NCBI GenBank assembly: GCA_030295235.1
Contig: AP026125.1
Location: 1,674,001 to 1,738,000 of the forward strand
Length of the DNA stretch: 64,000 nucleotides
DNA from: Fistulifera solaris
Lineage: Eukaryota
Direction of reading: 5' to 3'
Within the stretch, counting starts at the first letter, position 1, and each line of letters starts with the position of its first letter. The notes under the pieces are model-generated. The model did not search any database and was not told where the DNA came from. It saw nothing but the letters and a program-made list of their open reading frames with translations. Of this stretch, positions 11,189 through 24,611 are shown one piece after another. Made by a program: the position numbers and the translations under genes.

Positions 11189-11595
11189 GATATATTGAAA
11201 AAGTAAAAAAGAACACGTAATACCGATTTGTTTAGCACCAAAGGGCAGCTCAAGTTAGTTTAGCAAATAAAGGACTCTGTCATCGTCATGGTCACTGCGG
11301 CGGAAAAAAATTTACAAACGAAAAATCTCGTCCGCTCCGTAAATAGTAAAAAAGTCTCTAAGCGGCATTTAGAGGTCGTTTTGTAGATATTGTATAACGT
11401 ACCGGATACTCGCCCAAGACTACTTTTACTTGTATATTACCAGACACTGAGGACAACCAAAACGTGTGATGGACTGACGATAGACCAAGCGATCGAGCGA
11501 GCTACCTGGTAGCATCGACGGCATTTTTTTTTTTTTCATCAAGATGTGAGCCTCATTATCACGCAACAACTCAAAGAATCAAGCATAAACTTATC

Positions 11596-14362
11596 ATGCT
11601 TCGAAGGAGCGGAGAAGCGGATCGAAAGGCAACGTTATTTACTCCGGGAGGTCAGCGCAAGAGCCGATTACGACGGAAAGTAAACGATGAAGAGACTGGA
11701 CTGGTCACAACAACCTCGGATGTCGTAGAAAAACGCCGTCTGCATCCGTCGCGCGCCCCAAGAAATCCGTCCGTCGGAAGGCTAGTAATCCTATTCGATC
11801 GAATGAGAGCATCTTGTCCATGACATCCGCAATATTGACTCTGGTTTGCTGCTTTGCTTCTATTATGACGGTCATGCTCGTTCTGTTGATGCACATTGAG
11901 ACTCCTGATCTACAAATGAAGGACTTGTTGTATCAAGGCGAACACAGTTTGAAAGGAGTAATACAGCGCAAAGAAAAGCAGTTGATGGATGCAACTCAAA
12001 GCTTACTGGGTCATTCGCCGGGAATGCAGCGTGATATTCGTTCCGGCCATGCCGTTCAAACCATTCGGAAGGATGAGACCAATGTTATTGATATGCGTGA
12101 ATTGAATTATCAATTGCCGTTTTCAAATGAGGATGGAGGTGTTTGGAAACAAGGTTGGGATGTTCAACCTGTTTTAGTCGATGCGGAGCACCCTTTGACG
12201 GTCTACGTCATTCCTCATAGCCATTGTGATCCGGGTTGGCTCAAAACGTTTGATCAGTACTTTCAATCGCAAACCAAAAGCATCATTACCACTGTAGTGG
12301 ATGCACTCGCCAAAAATAAACGAAGAAAATTCATTTGGGCTGAAATATCATACTTTGCCTGGTGGTGGGAGGAACAAAATGAAAGTACACGACAACTGGT
12401 CCAACGGTTATTGAAAGATGGGCAACTCGAGTTTGTGACGGGCGGATGGGTACAGCCAGACGAAGCCAATTCGGAAATTTATGCTATGGAAATACAACTG
12501 CAGGAAGGACATACGTGGATTCGAGAGAACATCGGCGAGGAAGCTATCCCGAAATACGCTTGGTCGATCGATCCCTTTGGTTATTCACCGTCGGCAGCCT
12601 GGCTGTGGCAAAAATACGGCTTTCGTGCCATGTTGATCCAGCGGGTGCATTATGCCATCAAGAAAGAACTCGCTCGAAAGAAGCATCTTGAATTTTACTG
12701 GAGGCAAACCTGGGACGAGCATGGTGAGCACGATATTTTCACTCACGTCATGCCATTCTTCAGTTATGATATTCCGCACACTTGTGGACCCGACCCGTCA
12801 GTGTGCTGTCAATTCGATTTCAAGAGGGGGGAGAGGGCAATGTCCTTGGCGTAAGGATCCCATTCCAGTGACTGCTGGTAATGTTGCAGAACGAGCCACG
12901 CTCCTTTGGGATCAATACAAGAAAAAAGCGGCTCTTTACCGCTCGAACACGGTGCTCGTACCTCTTGGTGATGACTTTCGTTATCAAACAGCCAAAGAAG
13001 CGGAGAGCCAATACGAGAACTACCAAAGAATTTTTGACTATCTCAACAAAAACGTTCCCGGGGCCCACGTTCAGTTCGGAACTCTTTCTGACTACTTCAA
13101 AGACGTCATGGGTACTTTCGACACACCGTTGCTCAAGGGCTCATTTTTTACCTATGCTGATGTAAATGAAGATTACTGGTCTGGCTATTTCACTAGTCGT
13201 GCATTCGATAAGGCACTCGATCGACAGTTGGAGAGAGTGTTGTACGCTGCTGAAAGTATGGGAGGTACATCTCACGAGTTACGTGGTCCCCGTCGTGAGC
13301 TGGCTTTATTTCAACACCATGACGGTGTAGCGGGGACAGCGAAGACTAAGGTCGTGGAAGATTATGCTCGAAGAATGTTTGGTGCTATCAACGAAACTCA
13401 GGAGTGGATGTTAGCTTTCATCAAGAAGTCTCAGACCACGTCCGTTAGTCGCTTTGGTGAGACACTAAAACCTTGCGTATCTGCGAGTGAAGCACGCGAC
13501 TTGAGCGTTAATCATTGTTCCGGAGAAGCCCTTTTGTATAATCCTTTGGAAACTTCCCAACGATGCGCAGACACAACGATAGCCGGACGTTCATTTGCTT
13601 TAGGGTCAATACCTTGCGAAATTCCAGGAAATGTCGCTGGATCAAATACCGTCATTGAATTCGACCCCAAAACAGGACTAATGACTGCTCCGTTCAAAGA
13701 ACAATGGATGCTATGGAAAGTTAAAAGTGGAGGGGCGTATCTTTTTGTTCCGGGAACCCAAATCCCTTACAATATAGAGAACGTTGCTATCGAGAAAGAA
13801 AACTTCGTAATTGGTACAGAAAAGTGGAAGCGAACCGTTGTAGAAAAGGAAGTTCCCACTGAATATGGGACAGATGCCATTGTTATTGACTTTATATACG
13901 AAGTTAGCGTCGATACTGACAACGAAGAATGGTTTGTTCGTTTTGGCGCGGATATTCAGAACAATGGCTACTTTCACACGGATTTGAATGGCTTCAATTT
14001 TGATACACATCGTTTCCAGATCTGACATGCCCATTCAAAGCCAAGTCTTCCCAATGCCGACGTTAGCAAGCATCGACGATGACAACATGCGGCTAACAGT
14101 CATATCGACGCACGCGCAGGGTACGGCGTCTCTAGAAGATGGGACAATTGATGTATGGTTGGACCGAAGACTACGACAAGACGACAACCGTGGGCTGGGT
14201 CAAGGCGTGCAGGATAACCGTCTCACGCGGACGCGTTTTCGTGTCATACTGGAATCAGGTGGCTATGACCACGCTGCCGACTTTGATGTAAGCCCACTCG
14301 TCCGACGAATGTGGGATGAACTTCAGCATCCCCTCGAGATGTTTGGCCAAGTGACGTCGTAA
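11596..14362 (+). CDS. Golgi alpha-mannosidase II-like glycoside hydrolase family 38 (type II membrane protein); apparent frameshifts near 11810, 12830 and 14020
   Basis: GGVWKQGW, VIPHSHCDPGW, FIWAEISY, LEFVTGGWV.PDEA, WSIDPFG, HTCGPDPSVCCQFDF, PLGDDF, YWSGYFTSR, FQHHDG, SGGAYLF, TDLNGF, DRRLRQDDNRGLGQG. Confidence 0.93.
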
Positions 14363-14485
14363 AATTTTGTTCCTTGTCGACGTCCCGATCAAATCAACCT
14401 ATACGTGAGATAAAGTTACGGCAACATTAAGACTGCGTTGGTCTTATTAACACTTTATGTAGGCGGTGTTTTTATCGGAGACTTT

Positions 14486-15508
14486 CTACGGCTCCAGAAG
14501 TTCTTGCTCCGGCATCTCATCGCTAAAGACTCGTTTTCTGGCACTGCAAGCTAGCACGGAAAGGATCAGCAAAGCCAAAGCAGAAATCACCCTTCCCGTT
14601 TTTTCTGATAATACGCCCACAAGTATCAGTACGAGAATCATTCCAATCAGTAAAGATTGCATGTAATACGAATCCACCGACAGCATAAGTCTCTTGTGCT
14701 GTGACACATCCATGATATGATCTCTTGCCACAATCTGTCGTGTGCCCCACAATCCCAGAGTCGTGACCGAAGCTGTTATGAAGCACCAGAGTAGCAATAG
14801 AGGTAGCGCTGACGTCCAGTTTTCTTTGTTGGCATCGAGATAAAGCTTCGTTAAGATCGAGAGCACAAGGAGTTGAGTGGTAGCACCAATTAAAAGTCCC
14901 GACAAAGCTGCGATCATGCGATACGTATTATGAAGAGATGCATCTACCGAGTCCGTGCAGTTGACGTCGCCTCGAAGACGTCGAACGCGAGCCAAAGACT
15001 GCGATTGATTGAAAACAAACGCACAAAAAGATCCGTAGACAATAAGTGTAGCCACGACAACTAGCGAACCATGATGTGTTGCTGTCGTTGTATCATTCAA
15101 CAACCACGCCACGGCGAGGGCTGATAACGCTCCGGCGATGTTATAAGCCTCCAACTGAAAAATGATTTCTTCATAAGTGTTTGAGCGACGCAGGAAATAT
15201 TTCTGCGTCGAAATGCCGACGAAAATCGCAATCAAAGTCAGAAAGCTCCATTGCAAGGAAAACAAAAGGATGGATGACGTTGAACTGTTCAGGACACTGC
15301 CATCCCATTGAAGAATGTAGAGAAGAACTTGACTTAACACAGCTAAAATGGAGCCAGAAATGAAGGATGCAATTTTTAAAGTGGCGGTGAATTTGGTTTC
15401 AATCATTTCTTGGTCGTGCGTCGGGAAAAGCGGTTGCTCAACTGCAACGTCTTCGCGAATCATCATCTTGTCAATAAAAGGAGAGTATGTTTTCCAGGGT
15501 TTTTTCAT
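14486..15508 (-). CDS. Uncharacterised multi-pass membrane protein; diverged paralogue of 3551-4621
   Basis: Same duplicated pattern: G..L/I..Q, then FSLQW/LLLW, then LEAY..GAL/VDSY..SLLIG; about 8 TMs. Confidence 0.7.
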   Translation of the reverse strand: MKKPWKTYSPFIDKMMIREDVAVEQPLFPTHDQEMIETKFTATLKIASFISGSILAVLSQVLLYILQWDGSVLNSSTSSILLFSLQWSFLTLIAIFVGISTQKYFLRRSNTYEEIIFQLEAYNIAGALSALAVAWLLNDTTTATHHGSLVVVATLIVYGSFCAFVFNQSQSLARVRRLRGDVNCTDSVDASLHNTYRMIAALSGLLIGATTQLLVLSILTKLYLDANKENWTSALPLLLLWCFITASVTTLGLWGTRQIVARDHIMDVSQHKRLMLSVDSYYMQSLLIGMILVLILVGVLSEKTGRVISALALLILSVLACSARKRVFSDEMPEQELLEP

Positions 15509-16687
15509 TGTCGTTTATTAGAAGACAGATTGCAGGTCTCTCGATTCCTTGCGAGTTTTCTCGAAGTTAAATCTTTGAACAAGAAGACATTTTGGAGTAG
15601 CACAAAAAGACTTAAAGAAGATGTTTCACCTTTAGCGAAAGAGTTTTGAATGAGGAAAAATAGTGCTGCTCCGACATTTTCAAAAAACACGCGCGCCAGC
15701 ACGCTAAAACAAAAACGCCAACTCACTCTCGTCTCACCAGGGCAAATTTCTTAGTGTGCTTGGCACGGCAGGTAAAATACAATAGCAAAGCTGTTACTGG
15801 TGTCCATTTCGAACGTAAGGTAGGACTAGATTGAAGCTCTAGAGAGGAGAGTATTGGATAGCCCCAATTCGTTTCTCAAAGAAGGGCTTCGGAAAACAAG
15901 TATCATTTATCATTTCTATCTTCGTTTGATGTAGTATACAGTTCCTAACTTCCAGGATTCTGATGTTTCTCACATTAGTTCATCATCGGAAAGTCAAAAA
16001 AACACACAAAGTTCACCGTGATTTCGTTGCTGGCGCAGGCACCGAATCAGTGTTTTCCTACGGCACTAGTTGTCACTAGTAGCCATACATAAGCAAGAAG
16101 TCTTCCAAATACACTATGAACGTTGTAAAATAGCAAAATGAGAGTTGGTCGAATGGAGTAACGTCACACCAGTTTTGATTTAAGTCCTACCAAGGGCTTC
16201 AGTGCTTCGGTGTCGCCACCGCCTCTAGAAATGGTAACGCAGCTAAAATCTAATGGTATGATGCTGACCTAAGCGTCCACTTTTACATGAGGGGAACAGA
16301 CTGGAAATTAGTGAGTGTTGGCTCTCTGCTTCTTTCTCCCACCATTTTCATTGAGGGACGGGGTCTATCTACAACCTAAATAATAATACTCCAGGGTACA
16401 ATAAAGCGCATTTAGATGGTCCGAATGTAGGTTTTGGGCGCAAAAATTTGTTACTTAATAACAATTTGATGTTTTGTCACTAAGTACAATTTAGGACATG
16501 TATAGTATATTTGAGATAACAGTTTTTAGATTTAGCGTTCTTGAATATAATCCGACGCGCGCCACTATTCTCCATTGCGCAAAATGTCACGCCTTCGTCA
16601 CGTCCCTCACTTTTCATGAAACACAAGTCATGAAACACAAGTTTAACCGAAAACGAAATCATTCATCGATTCTCGCGTGTGCCTAAC

Positions 16688-18057
16688 ATGAAGTTTATTT
16701 CTCTGTTATCGCTTATGCTGATTGCTCCAGTTTTTTCCTACGAGAGTCGTGTTCTGGGCGACATCGAAATGCGTTTGGGCAGCACTTCGTCGTCGGACAA
16801 AAATGAACTGGTAAGGGACACCTAATTTGTTGCTGATCGACTCATATCGTATTGGCCCGATCGCTTCACACGCGCTACTTGGCAAGTGAATTGGTGGTTT
16901 TTTGAACTATTTGTTGGGGGTGATTGCTCTCTTACGACTTTCCAGTTCATTTCTAATACTGCCGAAAAATTTGTTTCTTCATTCAGCTATTCGAGATACT
17001 TACACTGACTGTAGGTTTCCTCGACGACAAACTCAGTCAGAATTTTGCTGATGACAGCAGCGTTGACTTTGACAAAGTTAGTCTATCTGCTATGTCATAC
17101 GATATCACAGAGGTTCACGATGGGTATGTCGCGTCAATGACTCTCACCGGTCGTGCATTTTTTACCGAGGGAACCTCTCCTTCACAGCAAGAAGTTATTG
17201 ACATGACATCGCAAATCTTTCAGGAGGAAAATCAAGACTATCTCGCTTCTCTCATGGTTTCCAGCAACGTATTCCTACAAGATACACAGTATGCGATTGT
17301 GCGAGTGGATGGCAATGTCGTCTCAGAGAACCGTGGGCAAGATGGCAGTAACACCTTCAGTATGGACTCTTGGATCGTCTTGCTTGTCGGTGGTGCTACT
17401 GGCTTTCTTGTCGTTTTGACGGTTTGTCTTTTGTGGTATTGTTGCTCATACGTCAATTCAGAGGAGCCAGACGCTGTTGTCCGCAAGACCCCCTCAAAGG
17501 CAACCAAAAATACTGCCGAAGAGGACGAGTCGCTCAATGAACGATCCCAAACGCCTTCCCCGGTGCGAAGCATTTCATCGCAAGATTCTTCCGTATTCAC
17601 TTACAACCCCAAGTCCTCCAAATCTGTTGATTCCAAGACATTCGGTTCGTTCTTGACTAACAACACCGGCAGCGAGATAGACGTTGAAGCCTGGCAGAAA
17701 GGATCTAAGGTTCACAAGGACAATTCAATTTTTGGACATGATATTTCTGAAATCGAGAATAAGAAAGATCTGTCTTTGATTGAAGAGGGCAGCGACGAAG
17801 AAAATACGCCTGACAAACGCCGACCGGGCGCATCGTATCTAGCCAAGTATCAACAAGGAAACCTCCAAGCAGCCCGACCTTCTGCTGGATCTCATACCAA
17901 CAGTATCCGACGATCATCTTTCTCGTCTTCATCGGTTTCGTCTTCGTCGTCTCGGGCAAATAAGAGAAGGAACATCGACCTGGAAGCCGACGCCGAGGAG
18001 CTCATAAATGATCTCAAGGATCTTAGCGTGCAGATCAATCGATACAGAAATGGTTAG
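16688..18057 (+). CDS. Type I membrane protein (signal peptide, luminal domain, one TM, Ser-rich cytosolic tail); intron 16811-16986
   Basis: ATG 16688 gives MKFISLLSLMLIAPVFS. A GTAAGG..TTCAG intron keeps frame into ORF 17092-18057. TM WIVLLVGGATGFLVVLTVCLLWYCC. Confidence 0.75.
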
Positions 18058-18496
18058 TCCCTCTTATAACTGTTCGTTTATTATAAAAATCATTATAGTT
18101 TACACCTTTCTTTGTATGTATACTGTGTTCCATTATTTGAACTAAGGTTACCTGGGGCGATACGAGGAAGCTTCTTCTCACTAGGGTTAACGTTCATTTC
18201 GGCATTCGGCATTCGGCACTCGACTTTCTATTTAACAGGTCTCGACTTCTACATACATGAATACTAAATAACACCACTTAGGACTTGTCACGCAGCTGTG
18301 TCTATGTAAGCCCGTCCCGTTGTAATAGTGCATCTAAATATAATTTTCGTTTCTGCCGCGAACAGGTCACAACGCGTGCCCACCGTCACTTTTCTACGTC
18401 TCACATTACAAAAAATTGACCCGAGTTGCCTTTATCCTTTATCACTGCTCTGATTGCTAAAGCTTTTCACCGACCCTGCATATTGTAACTTGAAAG

Positions 18497-21427
18497 ATGA
18501 AAGCCCACGTTGTAGCAGCGCTTACTGCAGGCTTCGTGTCCGTGTTGGGAAAGGCTCAGAAAAGTGCCTTGTATCCATTGAAACAGCGCGGAGATCAAGC
18601 TGCAACAACCATTAGATTCAATTTGACAGATCTTCCAATTTACGGAATATCGTATTCGGAAGACAGTAGCCCAAAGCTTCTTACCCGCTTTATTATTGCT
18701 CTTTTTGAAACCGATGGACAACTTCCATTCTATCCCTCACTCTTCAACGTTGAGATGGCAATGCAAGATTTCGTTGAAGCGGAACTAAATTCTGCCTACG
18801 CTCCATTCAGCCTTATCAAGGACGTGCATGCAAAGGTTGTCTCTCAGAAGAACACAGCTTCAACGCGCAATATGCGATCCTTGCAGATGCGTGGTAGCGA
18901 GCTCGAGATGGAACTCAACGTGACGTTCGCGAACGAGCCATCGCCTGACATATCGGATGTTGACTTAGCGCTCAAAAATGCGATGGAAAATTTGACTTAC
19001 TTTTTGACTAATCTTACAAATCGAGCAGAAGGAGACAGAGAGCTAGAAAATGTGCACTCTGCCTTCCGTCTGGAAATATCAGACGCCAACTCGATCCAAG
19101 AGCCAACCGACGAAGTTGGCGGAAAGAACCGGAGGCAAAACCGAGCAACATTAAATTTATTATCCCTCTTGTCTGCGCCTTCTGTGCAGCGACGCTTTTG
19201 ATTGGTCTATTTGCTGTCCGTCGACAGCGTACTTCGAGGATCAGGGAGGCTCGAGCCCGCGGATACGTTGGCGACGATGGAAACTTACATTGGGATGATG
19301 AAAGCGATATATTCAGTTTTGAAACAGCCCTGCTCGAAACTCCCCATGAAAAGAATCTTCCGATGAAGACGTGGACTTCTGAAGGTGGTGGCATGTCGAA
19401 AGAGCTTCGTTATGGTGACGAAGACATGGGGGCCAATAGGTCTCGTTTTGGATCTCATGATGAGAGCTCCTACCAATTCACTGAGATTGCTCTCGATTCT
19501 CCCAACCGAGGCTCTGTCATAACATCATCCATCTGCAAACATGAATCTGACATGAACGACAAGATCGAGTCGACAAATCCAGTAGACCCCCCACGAGACG
19601 ACGTTGCTGTTACGAAGAAAGGACCCCGCTCGGTTTTCGGACTATTTCCGAGCCGCCCCCTTAGCGCACCTCAAACAGACCATCCATCGAGAAATACAAA
19701 TAACAGTTTGTCTACCTCCCAGGTGGTGCCTCAAGTCGCTCTTGCGGTACCGATGGGATCGACAGAGAAAGCTATCACGCCTGATTCATGCACATCATCT
19801 GTTTTTACTTTCTCTGATGAGGACGAAGGGCTTCGAGAGCTTGACGTCCGCGACGACGTCATGGATATTGTCGGCGACATTGAAGGCGGCTATCAAGCAA
19901 ACTGGCAGCGTCGCAATATAGGCAACTTGAAGCACGAAGTCAAGGCAGCCGGCTCGTTCGATCACTCCCAAGCAGAGAATGCTCCCAGCAAAGAAGACCT
20001 TTCACTATCTGGAGAACTTATCGGTCTCTCGGTTGCCGGTACTCAGTCTAGGGATGCGATAACTTCCCCAAGATCGGTCCAGAGTAAACCGTTCGACGAG
20101 GAAAGTCCCCCGAGAGACCAACCAGAATCTTTCACTGATTCGAGATTGCATTGCCCAAGCGGGCAACCGCTGCCTGACTTTCCACCATCATCAATGATTA
20201 ACGAGAGAAAAAGCATGAGCGACTCTAAGATCAGACGAGAGAAAGAGCCCGTTACCTTGCGTCCCAAGAGTTTTAGTGATTCGAAGCCGAGAAGCCGCTT
20301 ACACGGAACTTCTTATGACTGGGAAAGCGAGGACCCAACAGGCGCGAAAAAGAATTTGTCGCACAGTACAAACGGATATTACGATTGGGGGGTGACACTG
20401 CGCCCAGTTAGAAGTCCATCTTTGTTCCAGAATGAATTGAACACGCCGAATGGTGTGACTCGAAGCAGTAACGTCTACCTCAAAAATACGTCCAGCGAGG
20501 GTAGAGACAGAAAAAGTTTCGACGCTCTTTGGGAGAATGATGAAGTGAGTATCGTTTACAAGATCGGTAGGCGCCATACAAAGTCAATGGTTGCGGACGG
20601 GACGACAAATTATCAGAGCGAAGCCATGGATCCTACAGACTGGTCGGTTTCAACGGGAGAAGATGGAAGTTGCGCTTCGACTGAAGTAGCTGACACGACC
20701 CCTCAGACATCTGGAAAAAGAAGAGAAACTTCCTTTCTGATTTCTTTTCCGGCTCAAAAAGAAAAGCATTGACAATTTTGAAGATGCTAAGGCCCGTGTT
20801 AGCGTCGAACAATCGCCGGAGTCGACGGCAACTGACGAGGATGTCGCCGAGGCAGAAGCAGCGTCACACAAGCAACAGCTCATCAATGATCTTGGATGGC
20901 TAGAAAATAGAATTGCGTCATCGTATGGCGCTCTTGTGTCGTCACCGGACTCTCAGGTCGACTCCAGCATTCAACGTTCCCTTGAGCTTGGCAATGAAAG
21001 CCGCAATCCGTTAGAGTCGAGTAAAGGTGATTCGATTTTGGAAGACTCGCTTTCCTTTCCATCCGGAGACCAGAGCCGATCGTACTTTGGATCGTCCCTT
21101 GACACTACAGCAGATTTATTGAGTCCTGGTGCTAAGAACTCCTCAAATCAGAAGGGGTTGCAAACTATTCTCTGCCGTGACTGCTTTGCGCCCCCCGGTA
21201 AACTGAAAATTATAATTCAGTCCACCAAGGACGGCCCCGCTATTCACACTGTAAAGCCTGATAGCGCCTTGACAGGCCATATTTTTCCTGGTGATTTAAT
21301 CGTCAGCGTGGATGACGTTGATACACGATCTTTCACAGCAGAGCAAGTGATGAAGATGATGACAGAGAGAGCGCGTTACGAAAGAAAGATAACTGTGTTG
21401 CATTTCGACAAGACGGAAGACTTGTAA
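18497..21427 (+). CDS. Type I membrane protein with a C-terminal PDZ domain; apparent frameshifts near 19130 and 20750
   Basis: Signal MKAHVVAALTAGFVSVLG, luminal domain containing RSLQ, TM FIIPLVCAFCAATLLIGLFAVRR (frame of ORF 19198), long disordered tail, and PDZ APPGKLKIIIQSTKDGPAIHTVKPDS..IFPGDLIVSVDDVDT. Joining the three ORFs into one gene is an inference. Confidence 0.72.
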
Positions 21428-22163
21428 CAGTGCGGCGTATCGGTTTACTCGTAGCGGCCATCGATGGCGCTGGTAACATGAGACGCAGCAATGAAGCGAT
21501 GAACCAAGTCAAGTAAAGTGATATATAATTACATATTCGATTGTCTCTTTTTTTGTTCGATGTGTTGATTGTGTATGTTTACGCGTTGCAATTTAGGTGG
21601 AAATGGGAATTGAGCAAGTCACGACGCTAGAGCCGTCTGCTGTTGCTACCATCTCCCTCTAGTCAAGTCAATTTTCAGTTGTAAGTAGGCAATTATTCTT
21701 CCTTCAGCACGCGCTGCACGCCTCACACCCATAAGATCGGTGCGTGCAACCTGGTCTTGCGAGGGTCCGCAGATCAGTGAGCAATGGGCAACGAGTGCAA
21801 CGAACTAAAAAATAACTGGGCTTATAGTTTTGTTCTTGGTGGTTAGTTCGTTCCTTGATACGTAAAAGTGAGAAGCAATAAGAATGTCGGCTGACAAAAT
21901 ACACAGTCAGGTTCAGCTGTTTTTAGCTGATGCGTACTCCATAGAGCAGTCTTGCGAAATACGGTGAAGGGTCACAAGTCACGGTCATTTTCATAAATCT
22001 CAAAAACGATTTTCCTCACAAAATCCTTTCCGATCAGCATCACTGGTGAAGCAACAAGAAGTAAATCCAGGCCTGGCAAAGGACTGCACCTCCTTCTTGT
22101 CACATTCTCGGTCGGCATCGATTGGATTCTTTACAATACTGAGGAGCCGTCTTTGACTTCATC

Positions 22164-24611
22164 ATGACGGACGCGCAATCTGCCACTTTAGCATCGAACA
22201 ATTTAATCAACGACGATGTGATTCTTCGACAACTGCTCAAGGAACTTCCTGGAGTGAAAACGCAATTCCAGTTCAAAGGATGGCAAAAGTCATTCTTAGA
22301 TCGCTATCATTATCTTTTTGAACGAAGAGGGCGTCGCCAAGGCCAGCGAAACCTACGATGAATTTCAAAAACTGGTGTTGAAGCTCATGAAGCAGATTTT
22401 GGCTTTGAAAGAATACTACGACAAGGGCGAGGTAAAACCAGAGCGAACTTCGGTGAAAGCACTCTCTTGTATACAAGAGTTGTCGAAGCAGATCATCGCA
22501 GTTACGGATGAACAAGTAAAGATGGTCCCTGGGACCGGTCAAAGGGAAAAAGAAGCCGGATATACAAAGTTCATGATGGGTGCTGTTTTGGTGAAAGACA
22601 ACTTTAAGCAGCACGGTCGTCTGGTTATGTGTGCCGAGTCGTTGGCCCGGTTTCATATCAAAATGTCTGAATGCATCAACGACCGCTTTGTGTTGGAGAC
22701 CATGGAAAATTTCGGTTGGAAGCTCCAACTTTTTGTGATATCATGTCGGATTTAGGTCTTTATCAAGCCATGACGAAGAGTCAAGAGTTGGTTCCAGTGC
22801 CCGAGCCGCTCATTGTGATTGCAACGGAGCAAGTTTCGAACAAAGAAGAGAGCCCATTGTCGGTCGAGTCACCTGAAACGGCAATTGTTGCGTCACCGGC
22901 AGTGGTTGAAAAGGAGAAAGAATCAAGTCGGAAAGTGGAGGAGGATGATGCTGTAGAAGTACCAATTGAAGATGAAGGGCTAGATGAACATCCTGCTACA
23001 AACACCTTGAATGTTAGCGACAGGGACGAAGAGGCGCTTCTTCGTCCCAAAACAATGCCAGGGAAACTGTCGAGTCCAATCAAATCTGAAAAGGTCGTTG
23101 CTTCGAAGCCCAAGCCAGGAAGGTTGGTGATTAACGAATATCAGCCAGCACCGAGACCTGGGCTCATCGACTCACCCCGAAGAAGGTTAAGAAAGTTACA
23201 GCGCTTCTATCCGAATAAAAATGGGGATAGACGCTCAGCTCCTCGAAAGCCTATCAAAATGGATGTGAGTTCCGATGAAGAGTCGGAATACAGTCAATCG
23301 TCCTCCAGCGAAACAGTTAAGACTGTTCATTCCGAAGACGCAGATTACATCATGGGGACAAGCCAAGCTGACACATTACCTACAGAAATAGAGAAATCTT
23401 CTTCGAATCTGAGAAGAGAAAAGAGCGGATCGGACCTGGAAAAATGTCTCTCGAAGTCGAAGCGGCGAAGCCCAAATAACATAGCTCCCGATAAACGCGC
23501 GACGAATGAGCTCGGCGCTCATTTGGAAGACGCCTCGGAGTGCAGTCAATCGTCCTCTAGCGAAACAGTCATGACAGTTCAGACGGAAGATGCAAACCAC
23601 ATTTTCGGCGACAATCACTCGCAAAAAGAATCGCCCAAGACAGAAGGCAAATTTAAAGGTGCCGGATCAACTACCTCTCTGTTAGATTATCTTTCACCAT
23701 CCTCGGAGTCGAAACGACAACCAAGAAATAAGCAAGCACCAACATCTGCCTCAAACTCCGAACATGCACGCGTAACTAATGAAGGGCCGCCTGAAAATGA
23801 AAGGATGGCACAAGATGGACTTGCACCTTCAAAAGCGATGAAATTGATGCCAGGACCGCCTCAGTCGAATCCAGCCAGGAATACCTCAGATAGAATGAAC
23901 CAGACTTCAGAGAAACCGAAAGAGAAAGAGATACCACTGATCAAGGACGAGCCGCAAAACCCCGGCAGAAATCCGTCAAGCAAATCACAACTGCCCGGGA
24001 GTGGAGACGGTACGCCGATTTTTGAAAACGGAGATGAAAGTATAACTAGAAATGAAGGGGGAAGGAACGCTGCGAAACAAGAACCACCTGCCTTTGCAGA
24101 AGATCTGGAGTCGGAAAAGCAAAAGGACAACAAAGACGTGAATGGAGAGGGGAGATCCAAAACAGTTCCACAACGTAAGCAAAAGTCAGACCCGCAGAGT
24201 CCCGCATTTGCTTCTAGTGCACGCAACGCTACTGAACCAAAAATGGAGGATAAGAAAGATGTTCGAGACGAAGACACCGCTGAGACCCGTCCGGAAAGTT
24301 CTGGAACAGACAAAATCAAAAAGCGCAACGATCCACGTAGAGCAGACTTACAGAACTGTGATCCTAGCAAGAAAATATCTGACGTAAACAGCGAGCGCTC
24401 TCCATCGCAGCCACTTAGAAAGGTGAAGGAAAAGCAAGATATTGTTGACAATTCGCAGCCGTTGAGCCAGAAGCCCAAGGCGATGGCGAAAAGCCTCCCG
24501 CCATCACCGCGATCCACAAAAAATGACAATAGAGAAACTGCAGCCAAAAGTACCGACCCTAGACAAGTGAAACAGAAAATGGGGGCGACAACGACGAAAG
24601 GAAAATCTTAG
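22164..24611 (+). CDS. Hypothetical protein: helical N-terminal domain plus long low-complexity region; apparent frameshifts near 22315 and 22740
   Basis: Overlapping ORFs 22164-22361, 22318-22755 and 22671-24611; S/E/K/P-rich, with the internal repeat SE(Y/C)SQSSSSETV.TV..EDA. Confidence 0.6.

Noticed and set aside
12820..12860. Programmed ribosomal frameshifting in mannosidase II and other genes
   Set aside because: There is no shared slippery heptamer or downstream structure, and the breaks are scattered over unrelated genes at homopolymers, so sequencing error is more parsimonious.
16811..16986. Possible intronic snoRNA in the 176-nt intron
   Set aside because: No convincing C/D box pair with a terminal stem and no recognisable rRNA complement.
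18198..18222. TTCGGCA x3 microsatellite (similar short repeats at ~31866 and ~46705)
   Set aside because: Short simple repeats with no evidence of function.
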